Part shown: piece by piece, positions 9,861 through 21,874 of the stretch
Layout: each line of letters opens with the position of its first letter
Numbering within the stretch: the stretch's first letter is position 1
NCBI GenBank assembly: GCA_030704615.1
Contig: CM060734.1
Span: 9,052,001 to 9,116,000, forward strand
From: Takakia lepidozioides
Taxonomy: Eukaryota > Plantae > Bryophyta
Direction of reading: 5' to 3'
DNA: 64,000 nucleotides
The notes under the pieces: model-generated
Told to the model about the DNA's origin: nothing
Seen by the model: the letters and a program-made list of their open reading frames with translations, nothing else
Databases searched by the model: none
Made by a program: the position numbers and the translations under genes

Positions 9861-12800
9861 TCACGGTTTACTGTTTAGGATCAGCAAACCTTTGTGAGCA
9901 AGCACCCTTCTGTCGGTGAGAGTCCCTTGGAGGGCTCTGTGTGCAAGCCCAAGCCCTGGTGACTGGTCACCAAATGGAAATGTCTGTCCTTCCTTTGGTT
10001 GATATGGCGGTAACTTCTCAAGCATAGGAGATCCCCGTCGTTTCTTCTCTGCCATTGGAAGTACATAGTCCTCCGCCATGTCAAAAGTTTCCTCCACAGA
10101 ACCAGTTGTATCATAATCATCCTCCCCCTTGTGGACTTTCGGTGCTCTAACCTTCTCGGGAATCCTGCGTGGCACACAGTGTTTGCCCACCATGTTTGGA
10201 AGTTTAAACTTAAAAACCTGCATCAATCTCTTGCGTGCAAAATTAGTGTATTCCCGGAGCTCCTTGTCCGTATAGATGAGGGGTGTGCCAATGACCTTGG
10301 AACAGTGTAATTATTTTCTGGCTTCATGTCCCTTATAAAAAAAGATCATCAAGGCCAAATTTTTCTTTGGCCAAAATGTCCAAAGAAAAATTGAACCAAG
10401 AACGAAGTTGGGGATCCTTTTGCAACATGATCTTCATATCATACAGATACGTATGGGGTGGAACTGAAGGTAAGACCCAATGATCCCCGGTGGAATAACT
10501 CTGAAATCTCGACTGCATCTTCTGCTGCTCAATGTGATAGCGTGCAATGAAACAAGCAGCATAGTATAATCCACAGCCCATGACCAAACTAGGTACCTCA
10601 TTGGTCTTGGTGTAGATGTACCCATGAACAATCTGAAAGGCAATTAATTCCTTCAGCATGGTGCCTGCAATAGACTAGTACCTCGCAAAATGGTGATCCT
10701 CAATGGGTCGGTTATTCGGAAGAACCTTAGTCCGAGTTGCCACCGGCAACCAAATGCACATGATCTGGTAATAGTGTGCCAAAGACTCTGGAGGACTGAA
10801 TTCCTTCCAAGCCAAATCCATCACAATGGGAATTTGGTTGAAGGGCATAATCATAGCCCGATTGTACTCAAGTGCAGCAGGAGTCCTAGGTGGGTTAAAA
10901 GAAGCATCCCCCCAAACCTCAGATTGCTACAGGGCCATGGTATCAACAGTGTCAACCTGCTGTGGTTGCTGTGATATGGCCGCCACTGTCCATCCTATTG
11001 TTGGCAAGTCCTGCACCTCCTGTGATGAAGATTGGAAAATCAGAGTCCGCGCATGCAAATAAGCAACCACCAGCTATTCCTCAGGAACAAAGGCTCTTTT
11101 GTCAATGTTGGAGCTCAAGTCATCCACGTGAGTCTGCAGCCCTTCCACATCATCCTGCAACTCAACTATCCGACTATAGACATTGTCTATAGTGGTTGTG
11201 GCAATGTTCTGTACATGTAGCCTGAGATCATTCATTTCCTCTTGCGTGAGCTTCCTTGGTGCCTTCCCTTCCACCGGCCCTTGTGTTAACCACTCTTGCA
11301 AAAGATGATTACCACCAAGTCCTGTGTAGCACCCCGAAGAGCCTGCTCCTCCTTGAGTTTGTACATATCCAACTGTTGTTGTAAAGCCTCCATGCACTCC
11401 GCATGAGATTCAACGAGGGCTGCATAGGCAGCAGTCAGATTATTGGCTTCCTTCCAAGCCTTGGTAGTTACAGAAAGCTCATTCTTTTGTGATGTGAGTG
11501 TTTGCTGCAACTCAAGGATGTACCTGTCCTTTTGAGCCTCAACCTGACTGTACTATTGGAAAGTATCCTCATTGCAACGGATAGTAGCCTTCAAGTCAGC
11601 AATGAGTTTTGCCTGCTCCACTGATTCAGCCTCCATCATCAAACATCTGTCAGCCTGATTCTTAACTTCTAATGCAGTTAGCTCCAGAGTAGTGTTAGTG
11701 TGGCACATTGGATGATCATTTTCTGATGAACTGACTCCAACTCTGTATGTAGCAACTTCACTTCCTGCAATTTGCCCTCATGCTTCACCTGTAACTGATA
11801 TATCTGTTGCTTATGGACTTCATGCAACTTCTCTTGCTCCAGACCTGCTTCAATCAAATTCTCCTTCGCAAGTTGTAGAGCAGATTGAGTGTCCTCCAAC
11901 TCTTTCTGCAACTTAAGGTTGGCCTCCATATCCACCATATTTGCACACTCAGTGGCAATTCTTGCCTCAAACTCTTGCTTGAGCTCCTCCCTCAATGCTG
12001 CCAATTACGTGGAAGGAACATGGGATTTCACATAAGTGCCCAACAATGTGTCCTACTTATGAACTCATAAGCATGGCCTGCTGTGGGTCTTCATGGAGAA
12101 CTTTCTACCGTTCCCCCTGATCCTCCACAGTTTGATGTTTCACAAACCAATCGGGCCATGATCCCACAAGATCTTGTTCCTGAGCCACCTCCTCCTCCAC
12201 AGGTGCTGCAGTGCCCTTGCACTCTACCCCTTGACCCTCTGTCACAGGTTTGGGCATGACTTGCACAACAGGGATTTCCTTGGTCAGACTCTGCATCTTT
12301 GGTGCTATTGGTTCTCCAACCATGCCAGAGTTTTCATAGAGAAGGTCACCCTTCTCAATTTCTGCCACTACCTGCTCTGTAGTGGGAATGTCCAACCCTT
12401 CTCCTTCCACAGCAATAGGCTATGGTGTAACAGCATGTACTATCTGAGTTACCCCTGGGGCAACCAAGTCAACTGGCTATGGTGGCTGTGGCACTGAAGT
12501 AACTTCTTCCTCCCTCTCCAAAGGTCGTGCTTCCAGCAATAACAGCCCCTTGTGCTGCTGCTCCTCATCCTGCACAAGAGCTATGGAAACATCATCTTGT
12601 GGTTTCCTTGTAGCTAGTGGATCTGCCACTACAGTCGCATCCCGCTTCTGTCTCTTGGACTGGTGCTGCCCCTCCAATCCCCCTTCACCTTGTGAAGAGC
12701 CCTGCTCCTCAACTGCAGTTGTGGCTGTCTCAAACACTCCCATCACCTTGCGTTCTCGCGCATCAAGCAAACAAGAGTCAAGGATAATTTGCGCAATTAT

Positions 12801-13535
12801 TGGGCAAGACACAATGATCGGGGACTTAGCAGTAGTATTTTGTAACCGCTTCATCTCCTCCACCAGACCATTGTACATCAACTCCGCCCAAGCCACATCC
12901 TCTCCCCTCAAGGCTTTCAGTACCTCCTCCGTGAAAAATCTGCTAAGATACTGTTGGTTCTGTTTCATGGCAAACAGAACGTTCAGTATTTGGCCAACTT
13001 CCCTTAACCCTGGGTACTCGGCCTTGGTGCAGGTGTATCCCTGGGTCTTAAAGAAACTCGTTTCTTGAAACAAATCCCCTATTTGCAATCTTGCCCTGTG
13101 CTCATCCACATTCACATGGCCAGATGGCAATTCAAACAGTTGCTGCAAGTACTGGGGAGTAACCCCCGATGATGCAAGGACCATTTTTTGCGTAGCAGCC
13201 CTTCCAATCGCAACTCCTTCAGCAGCTGCACTGCATGTGGTGTAGCAATTGTCTGCTTCTGTAGAATTGTGGTGCTCTTCACCCTGAGATCCTCCATTCC
13301 CTTAATTCTCTTCATCCCAGACAAACAAGAAGGCCTTGTTTGGAATAGCTGTAGGAAAGCTTGCAGGACGTAAAGCATGAAAGTATGGTTGCACAGAATG
13401 GAACGGGTAAGTGAGTGTAAGCCTGTGGGGCTTGCAAATAGTGAGTGAGAGAGAATGTACTTTCACCCCGTCCGTCCTTGCGCCACTGCGTAAGAAGTAA
13501 AGCTAGCGTATAGTCTGTGATATCCGCCATAGCTA
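9861..13535 (-). pseudogene. Long additional sense ORF downstream of pol (helical N-terminal domain, coiled coil, conserved C-terminal domain)
   Basis: Consecutive minus-strand ORF pieces 13112-13378, 12477-13184, 12105-12410, 11678-12004, 11286-11510, 11074-11397, 10333-10659, 9861-10226; conserved in element 2. Confidence 0.75.
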
Positions 13536-14289
13536 CAAAGCTATAGCTTTGATTGCCCCTCCCGTCGAGACGCTGGTTATTCGGAGCAACCCCTACTCTT
13601 CCGCTCATAATTTTTTTACATTTCTTGTTCTTGTTTCTTGGAACCTGCATGAAATTCACGTTCCTGATTGGCTGTTGCCTCCTCGGGTAACTTCTCAATT
13701 TTATCCCCATCTGCTCACATTCCCACTTGGAATGCCCACTAGGACAGCACATGTGGCAAAGGTCCCCATTTGCTGTACGCGTAAAGGGTTCCGTTACCTG
13801 CTCCCTGGATGCATTAATGGGCCCGCAATTAGTTTCGGCTGCTGTACCGGGTAGGTACTTCGACGGCCCAGTTTGTCTTTTTGCATGATGACACCCGCTA
13901 TTGCAGTACATGCAATGCGGAGTGCTTTGCCCCTTAGGCCACGTGTTTGAATTCAAACACTCTCCCGTCTCCCTCTGTCCGCGTGGCTTTTCTCCGAGTT
14001 TGACTTCCAAGCTGCCCTTACACTTACCGGCCACTTTTCTGACGTTAACCCGCGTCCACCTGTCACTGACCCTATGGACTGTGCAACCCGCGTGGGCTGT
14101 GTTGGGCTGTGACAGGCTGTGTCAAACTGTGGTGAGCTGTGATAGGTTGTGTTACACTGTGGTGGGCTGTGATAGTTGTGTGAACACCCGTGTTCTCTGC
14201 TCAGGCCATACACATTCGGCTTTACGACAAGTGCTTCATGCTCCATTGGTGTTACCGGTGTCACCTGTGACTGCATCTGTGTTTCAAGA

Positions 14290-17200
14290 TGCAAATCATG
14301 CTGCAATGGTTTATCATGGATACCACTGTATCCCTTCAACTTATTGGCATTGACTCTTCCAAGCATCTCTTTGTTAATGGTTTGTAACATGGCTGTGTTG
14401 TTATCATACATCTTCTGTATGACATAAGGTCCTTTCCATGGTGACTTAAGCTTAGAAGCTTTAATCTTTCCTTTCTTCTGCAACCAGTACCAAATCCCGT
14501 CTTAAAAGTCTTCAATTTTCCTTCATCAAACTGATCCTTCCTCTTCATCTGAATTCTGGTCATGTTATCTGCTGCATCAGCACGTACTTCTTCCACATGA
14601 TATAATTCATGTTTCCTGACTTTAATTGAATCCTCCAATTCCATTCTCCTTCCCCATTCAGTTCTCATGGTAGGTAATAAGAATTCCACTGGAAGTAAAG
14701 CTTCCATACCATAAACTAATTGGAATGGTGTATACTTGGTGGTGACTTTATATGAAGTCTTATGACCACAAAGCTGTCAACAGCTTTGTATCCCAATCCG
14801 TTCTGTTTGCATTGACTATCTTAGCCAATAGTGCATAGTATTTGTTGGTGGCCTCTGCCTGCCCATTGCCCTGTGGGTAATAGGTTGTACTCTTCCTGTG
14901 CACAATCATGAACTCTTTAGTCAATAGTTCTATGGTCTCATTAATGAAGTGACTTCCCTGGTCACTGATAAATTCCAGGGGACAGCCAAATCTTGTGAGT
15001 ATGTTCTCATACAGGAACCTTGCTGTGGACTTAGCTGTGTTGTCCCTCAGAGCCTTAGCTTCCACCCACTTTGTAGTATAATCAGTGGCTGTGATTATAT
15101 ACTTGTTCTGTGTATTCCTGGCTGGTGGATTAATTGGTCCAACAAAGTCTAGTCCCCATTTCTGAAATGGTTCAGTAGGCATCGTAGGATGCAAAGCCAT
15201 CTTCCCAGATCTTTGCAAAGGTCCTAGCCTCTGACACTCATCACAACTCTTGCAATACTTGTGTACATCCTTGAACAAGTAGGCCACCAGTAACCTGCAA
15301 GTAGTATTTTTCTACTGGTAGTCTCCTCTCCAAAATGTCCTCCAGCCACTCCTTTATGAACTTCTTCCAAAACTTTATTTACTTCATGGTGGTACAAGCA
15401 TCGTTTAAGAACTCCATCAGGTCCTAGCTTATACAATCTGCCACCTATCATAGTGTAGGGTAAAGCCTTGATAGCTATTCTCTTCCTCTGTTCCTTCCCA
15501 TAACTGGGTGGCACTGACCATGAGTAAGGTAGTATCTGATTGGCCACTGCCAATCTAACCAATCATCTGCACTTCCCTGCACCTCCACTGCAAATAAACT
15601 CGCATCAGGTAGTTGGTCGTCTACTCCCGTGGCGGCCTCTCCTGTTGATAGCGTGACAAGTGATCTGCCACAAGATGCAAACGGCCAGGCTTGTAAACAA
15701 CTTCGAATTCAAACTCGTGCAAGATTATCATCCATCTTGCTATCCTGCCACTTATCAAAGGCTTGTTCACCAGATAAATCAAAGCTTGATGATCCACATA
15801 AAACATAAACTTCCTTCCAATAGGTAATGCCTGAATTTCTTGACTGCATAAATCATTGCCAAAGCTTCTCTTTCAGTAGTGCTATAGTTCCTCTCCGCAC
15901 TGTTCAACAATCTGCTAGCATAGTACACAGGTGAATCTATGTTTTCCTGTGACATTTGGGCTAACACAGCTCCCAATGCTTCTCCTGAGGCATCACAGTG
16001 TACATGAAATACTACATGCCAGTGAGGGTTAATCAGCACAGGTGTAGTTGTTACTGACAATGTAAGTGCTTCAAATGCCTGTTGACATTCAGCTGTCCAT
16101 GCAAACACTGCATCCTTCTTCAAAAGCTTGCTCAATGGGGCTGCCATCTGTGCATACCGTCTGACAAACCTTCTATAATAAGTAGTTTGTCCAAGGAACT
16201 CCTTAGACCCTTAACGTTACTTGGTGGTGGTGAGGCTTTAATAGCCTCTGTCTTTCTAGGATCCACAAGCAGTCCCTTCTTACACACAATGTGTCCCAGT
16301 AGTACCCCTGAGTTCACACAGAAAGTACACTTTTCTGGATTCAGACCAAGACCTCTCATCCTGCATCTGGCCAAAACATAACTCCAACTTCTGCAAGTGC
16401 TCATTCTTAGAGCTGTACACACTGAAGTCATCTAAGAACACTTGCATGAAATCATCCAGATACTCATGGAAGATTCACTTATCACTCTCTGAAAAGTTGC
16501 TGGTGCATTACAAAGTCCAAAAGGCATGACTTTGTATGCATAAGCACCCCAGTCTGTGATGAAAGCTGTCTTCCCTGGTCTTCTTCCGCCACTTGCACTT
16601 GGTTATACCCACTGAAGCCATCCATGAATGAGTACATCTCATGGCCTGCCACAGTGTCCAGTACAGCTTCTGTAAATGGCAAGGGGAAGGGATCTTTCTT
16701 TGGTTACAAGCATTCAACTTTTTATAGTTCACACAAACTCTCAGTTTGCCATTCTTCTTGGGAACTATCACAATGGGTGACAACCAAGTTGTATACTCTA
16801 TCGGGTATATGAACTTAGCCTCAGCCAACTTCGATCTCTTCCCAACCTTCTGTGCATAGTTGGGATTCATCCTGTACCTTGCCTGTTTGATTGGTACTGA
16901 CCCTGGTTCCAGTTCAATCTTATGCTGGCAGATCTCAGGTGGTATCCCTTTCAGATCCTCATAGCTCCAAGCAAATACATCTTTGTATTTGATAACAGGC
17001 TCTTAGCTTCCTCAAAGAATTCTGGCTCCAAGTCAGCCCCTACTTTCACCATTCTTGGTTCCTCCTCAGTTCCCACATTCACTTCTCTCACCTGCTCTCA
17101 GCTGTGATTGTCCATCCAGCCACTACTTCATCCTGTAAACTCACAGTGGCTGGTTCTTCTAGGATTTCTATTTCTCCCTCTCTTTCCTCATAGAAATGTG

Positions 17201-17860
17201 GTGGGTAACTACTTGTTTCCCCCTCAATTGGTGTTGTTGTTACTGCACCACAACAGATACCTTTAAAACAACTCAGACCTCCCAGTTGCATTTCTGCAAC
17301 CTGCTCCCACTCTGGGTGTGCAGCAAACAGGGTAGCTTCCTGCTCCTCATCAAGTCCTCCCTCCAGTCATACTCTCTGACTCCACGAGGTCTTCTGGTAG
17401 CAGGTAGCCTACTAGATTTCTTAGTGGTGACTGTATCTTGTGCTTCCCATCATGCACAGTCAGTAACTGGAATTCCAGTCATGGAATACCCTGGCCTGTT
17501 TCAGCCATGGTCGACCCAGCAATAAGGAGTAAGCTTCCATGACATCATCCATTTTCAACACAGTCACTGTGATCTTAAAGATCATCTTCTGAATCTGTAT
17601 CTTAACTCCTCTTATCAAGCCTAATGGCTGTACACTCCTTTGATCTGCCATTGTTACTGTGAATGGGGCTGGTTTCATGTTACTTAGACCAAGCTTCTGC
17701 CTTAATTGGTCTGTCATAATATTCACTCCTGAGCCTCCATCTATCAGTACATCAGTCAAGTCTGTGCTTCCAATTCTCAATTGGATTACTGGCATAGAAT
17801 CATCAAAGTCCATGACTGTTTCTCGCCCTTCAGGCTTCACATTATAACTTGTCACCTTGG
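14290..17860 (-). pseudogene. pol: pol: aspartic protease, reverse transcriptase, RNase H, integrase
   Basis: VLIDGGSG; SPIVIVPKKNGKLRVC; [11 protein letters not shown]; HCDASG...NYSTTEREALA; HxxxxxxH..CDEC; WGLDFVGP; SDQGSHF; YYPQGNGQAE; WKGPY. Many frameshifts. Confidence 0.95.
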
Positions 17861-20272
17861 TTCAGGTCTGTGTTCTCTGTCACATGAGCAATCTGATTGA
17901 TTGCTTGATACAGCCTGTGCCTACAATGAGGTGCCACAGCCAATAGCTGTCCAATGGTAATCTCAGCTTTGGACTGGCATATTACTTCAGCCAAAGTCCC
18001 TTCATTACCTGCACTGTGAAGCCTCCTGCTTCACTTCTCTCACCTTCTTCATCTTCTCTTTCAGAGTCAGAAGAATCTGCCATAGGGATATCAGTATCTT
18101 CTGCATTTCCCTTATGGTATCAGCCACTTCCTGTGCAGTTCCTTCTCATCTCTCCAAGCCTCATCATCTTCAGGCACATCACTGCCATCTTCATTAACAT
18201 CTTCTTCCTCATCCACTGGAGGTATTAGTTTAGCTTTGCTTCTGGTAACTATCATTGTACTTACTTCTGGTACAAAACATGGCCTAACCATGTGAGCTGC
18301 CACCACTGGGCCTTCATTCACAGGAGCTCTCATCTCATTTTGGTGTCTGATCCAGAATGGACAGGCTGCTTTGCGATGTCCTGCCTGGTTACAATAGTAA
18401 CACAGTTCTTCACCATTGGGTCCTCGCCCTTGGTCTGCTCTGGATTATTTCTATAATCCTGATTCCCTGGCTGGTAATTCCCCTTGGATTACCCTGATAG
18501 TTGCCTCTGGGATTGCCTTGGTAATTCCCTCTTGGATTACCTCTCCCTGCCATACCATTGTTATATCCACCAGGCCTACCATAGTGGTCCTGATCATTGT
18601 TTCTTCTTGGCTGGGGCTGCACTTGATGCACCCTTACTTGCCTAGGTTCTCTTGCAGCTGTCCTTCTGTTGTAATAACAATTCTCAGTAGAATGGTTATC
18701 CATTTTACAGATAGTACAGTGTTTCTCCTTCATGTGGCATTCAGCTGTGGTATGGCCTTCATTTTGGCATTTTGCACACCAAACACCCTTCCTCCAATGT
18801 GTTGCAGCCTCTGTGGCATACTTTTTCAAGATTTCTTCCAGCTTTTTTCATAGTTTTCCTCTTCAACTTTTCCTTTTTTACTCTTCCTCTTGAGCTCTTG
18901 CTCTTCTCTTCATCTGACTCATCTTCAGAGTCCTCATCATCCCTTTTCTCTCTCCTGAGCATCCCCAATTGCTCAATTGGCTGTTTCAAATGCCTCCTCC
19001 ACTGTATTATGGGGTAGCATATCCACTTTCTTTTGTAATTCAGGTCTTAGTCCACTCACAAACCAGTCTTCTGTAACCCTGGTGCTGGTACAACAGCCAG
19101 CTTTTTTTCATCATTAACTCCATCTTTTCCATGTACTCTTCAACAGTTTCATGCTTCTTTGCTTAACTGTTGTAAACTCCCATACACTTCATCCTCAGTT
19201 TTGCTTGTCCTGAACCTTTTTGGGAATGTTGTACTAAGGCCATTCCAGGTTAGGAAATGATTATTAGGAAACTTGCATACCATTCACTTGCTTTCTTGAT
19301 AAGTGAACAAGGAAACAGTCTCATCTTGGCATCATCGCCATTCTCATTGTTCACAATACACATGTGCTCAAATTGGCTGATGTGTACATCAGGATCCCCT
19401 TTCCCTGCATATATTGGAAAAGTGGTTTTGCCCGTGTTGGAGGTACCGCCATCTGTGGCCCTACACCCTGCCCACTGACAGGTGTTGGTCCTCCTGTTGG
19501 TGGTCCTTGAGGACCTGCTGTTGTAGTGGTGGAACTCCCACCAGGTGTTGGCCCCTGAGCACTCCCTGCTACTGGCCCCTCTATACTTACAGTATTCCTA
19601 GCTCCAGTTGCACTACTTCCCACACTCCCTGTCCCCCCAGAGCCAGATCCAAGCTGCCCGCCTGATCCCCCTGAGCCGACACCTTCGTTGGCCTGTGATC
19701 AAGTGCTCACTTGATCCAGGTCCAACAGGTTGGGATGTCCTGGTTGTAGTCTCAACCTCAACTGTTGGGTCTACTTCTTCATACTCTTCATCTTCCGAAT
19801 TCTTCTCTCTGTTTCCATCTTCCAAGTTCTTCTCTTGATTTTCCTCTTCCTCACTCATATAACTCAACTGTGGTGTTGGAGTCTGAACTCTCCGTTGGCT
19901 CTGCCACATCCTCCTCTCCTTCTTTGTCTTGTGATTCAGAAACTGGAGTTCCTGCTTTTGGTGTCCCATGCCAACTCTGATCAAAGATTTCTGTCAAATC
20001 TTTAATCCAGGGATGTACCTCAGATCTCTCCCTCGTGGCTGATCTTCCTATACCAAATCCCTTAATCTTTCTTGTAAAGAATAAGAAGGAGTGGCATCCA
20101 ACTCTGGTTCTTCCGGTATGGGTGATGTACTCTCTGATCTTAATGGTGTGAGAGGTCCAGATGATTCCCCTATGTCTATTCCTCTCTCCCAAAGATATGG
20201 ATAATTAGCTTTCAAATAACTTTCTCTTTTCGCTGAATATCTGTGGAGTCTAGCTTCTCTTTCATCACTCAT
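17860..20272 (-). pseudogene. gag: gag (capsid-like region and CCHC zinc knuckles)
   Basis: CAKCQNEGHTTAEC, CTICKMDNHSTENC; KMRLFPCSLIKKASEWY retrotrans_gag-like region; frameshifted. Confidence 0.88.
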
Positions 20273-20291
20273 GTCCCATGTCTTTCATATC

Positions 20292-20837
20292 TTAATGAGG
20301 CAATAACCAAAAATCTCTTCTGTAGTATCTCTCGTATATGCCTGGATTTCTTTCAAGCTTTAATGCACCCTTGGCTATACTAGAAGTCTCCGTTACCATA
20401 TAACCATATGGCAAGCACGTCTGAAAAGCTGTTCTTGGTGTAAGTTTGATCCACAGGATATCCTTAGGAATCCAATTCTTTACCAGTACAAGTTCTTCAT
20501 GCATATGAGTGTAAACATTCACTTTCCGTTCCTCCCAGCCTTCAAACTCCACTCGTTTAATGGATAGCAATGCTATCACATAAACCAGTGTTGGTAACCA
20601 ACTTGCTCTCCCTCTACAGGCCACTTGATAAATCTTTATCACTCCTTTCTCCAGACCCCACTCAGGATCAGCATCATGCACTCTCTTAAGAATGTTTTCT
20701 TTGCAACCGTCTGGCAATTCCAAGAACCTCTGAAAGAATTGTTTGGACAATCTTTCTTTCTCAGTTCCACAGGGAATTTGATTCACATCAAATTCTTTAA
20801 TTCTCCATCCACCATGATCCCACCAGATGCCTGTCAC
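20292..20837 (-). CDS. Additional ORF upstream of gag (181 aa, unknown function)
   Basis: Uninterrupted ORF between PBS and gag; near-identical peptide in element 2 (49079-49418 plus 47305-47490). Confidence 0.6.
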   Translation of the reverse strand: MTGIWWDHGGWRIKEFDVNQIPCGTEKERLSKQFFQRFLELPDGCKENILKRVHDADPEWGLEKGVIKIYQVACRGRASWLPTLVYVIALLSIKRVEFEGWEERKVNVYTHMHEELVLVKNWIPKDILWIKLTPRTAFQTCLPYGYMVTETSSIAKGALKLERNPGIYERYYRRDFWLLPH

Positions 20838-20859
20838 ATCTGGTTGTTCTTGACCCAGT

Positions 20860-20877
20860 TCCCCAGTATGGTCGCCA
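20860..20877 (-). promoter_or_regulatory. Primer binding site (TGGCGACCATACTGGGGA; probably tRNA-Arg)
   Basis: Starts TGG 2 nt after the 5' LTR end. The tRNA identity is an inference from the TGGCGAC start. Confidence 0.8.
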
Positions 20878-20879
20878 AA

Positions 20880-21869
20880 TGTCGAGCGGCTTTTTCACCC
20901 ATCCCTTCGCTATCCGAGGTGGGAACTCCAAGATAGAAGAGTTGGATATCTCTAAGCACTCAGCCCGCTCAGAACAATCAGTCATGACCTACAACTAGTG
21001 TATCATGGGAGTGCTTCCTGTTTGTATTCCTTCTTGCCTTCATGTCAGCAAGTTACCTTACTGTTTATATTTAAGTATCAGATTGCTTCAGCAATCTACC
21101 AGGTTCCAATCACTCATCCATACATTCCACAGCTTCACTCAGATCTCTCTACACAGTGTGAGTTGCATGGATCAAGCATCAACAGTTCGTGTCTCCTCCT
21201 CCACTGTGCTCTCCATCCTCAGCTCCAGATCCTCCTCTCACCCTGATGCCAAGTCGTGATGCCAGAAGTGTGTGTTCTCCCCATTGCTACTCTGCCTTTT
21301 CTACCTGCAAGCTGTTCTAACTGCCTAACTAACTAACTGTCATCCAGACAGAATACACGTTCCCTCTGCAGATGTCGTTCCCACACAGTCATTCCCTGCC
21401 ATGGTAACCGTTCCCTACGAATGCTGTGACAGGCTGTGCCCAACTGTGTCGGCTGTGACTGGCTGTGGCTAACCGTGTCGGGGTTGTGACGAGCTGTGTC
21501 GGGCTATGAATGGCTGTGTAAAGCTGTGTCGGGCTGTGACTGGCTGTGTAAGAACTGTGGGCTGTGTCAGGCTGTGATAGACTGCTGTGATAAACTGTGA
21601 TAGGCCTTGTTGCTAACTGTGTCGGCTGTGTCTGCTGTGATAGCTGTGATAGGCTGGCTGCTGTGCAAGGCTGTGTAAGGCTGTGTCGGACTGTGACAAG
21701 CTGTGTCAAGCTGTGTCTAACTGTGTAAGACTATGACTGACTGTGTAAGCCTGTCTACCACCCCTAAGGCCCGTGTTGGTCTAAGTCTACCATCCGTAAG
21801 TCTGCGCAAAAATTAAGGGTACCCCACAGAACCCATAAAACTGTCTAAGTCCCAGACAGCCCTCTAACA
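20880..21869 (-). repeat. 5' LTR of Gypsy element 1
   Basis: Direct repeat of 8831-9828, followed by the PBS. Confidence 0.95.
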
Positions 21870-21874
21870 GCTTC

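Larger units (their letters stand above)
8831..21869 (-). mobile_element. Full-length Ty3/Gypsy LTR retrotransposon (non-chromovirus type), 13,039 bp
   Basis: Two ~1-kb LTRs, 5-bp TSD GCTTC (8826-8830 and 21870-21874), PBS, PPT, and gag-PR-RT-RH-INT order. Confidence 0.97.

Noticed and set aside
9861-13535. env gene
   Set aside because: No evident signal peptide or transmembrane helix.
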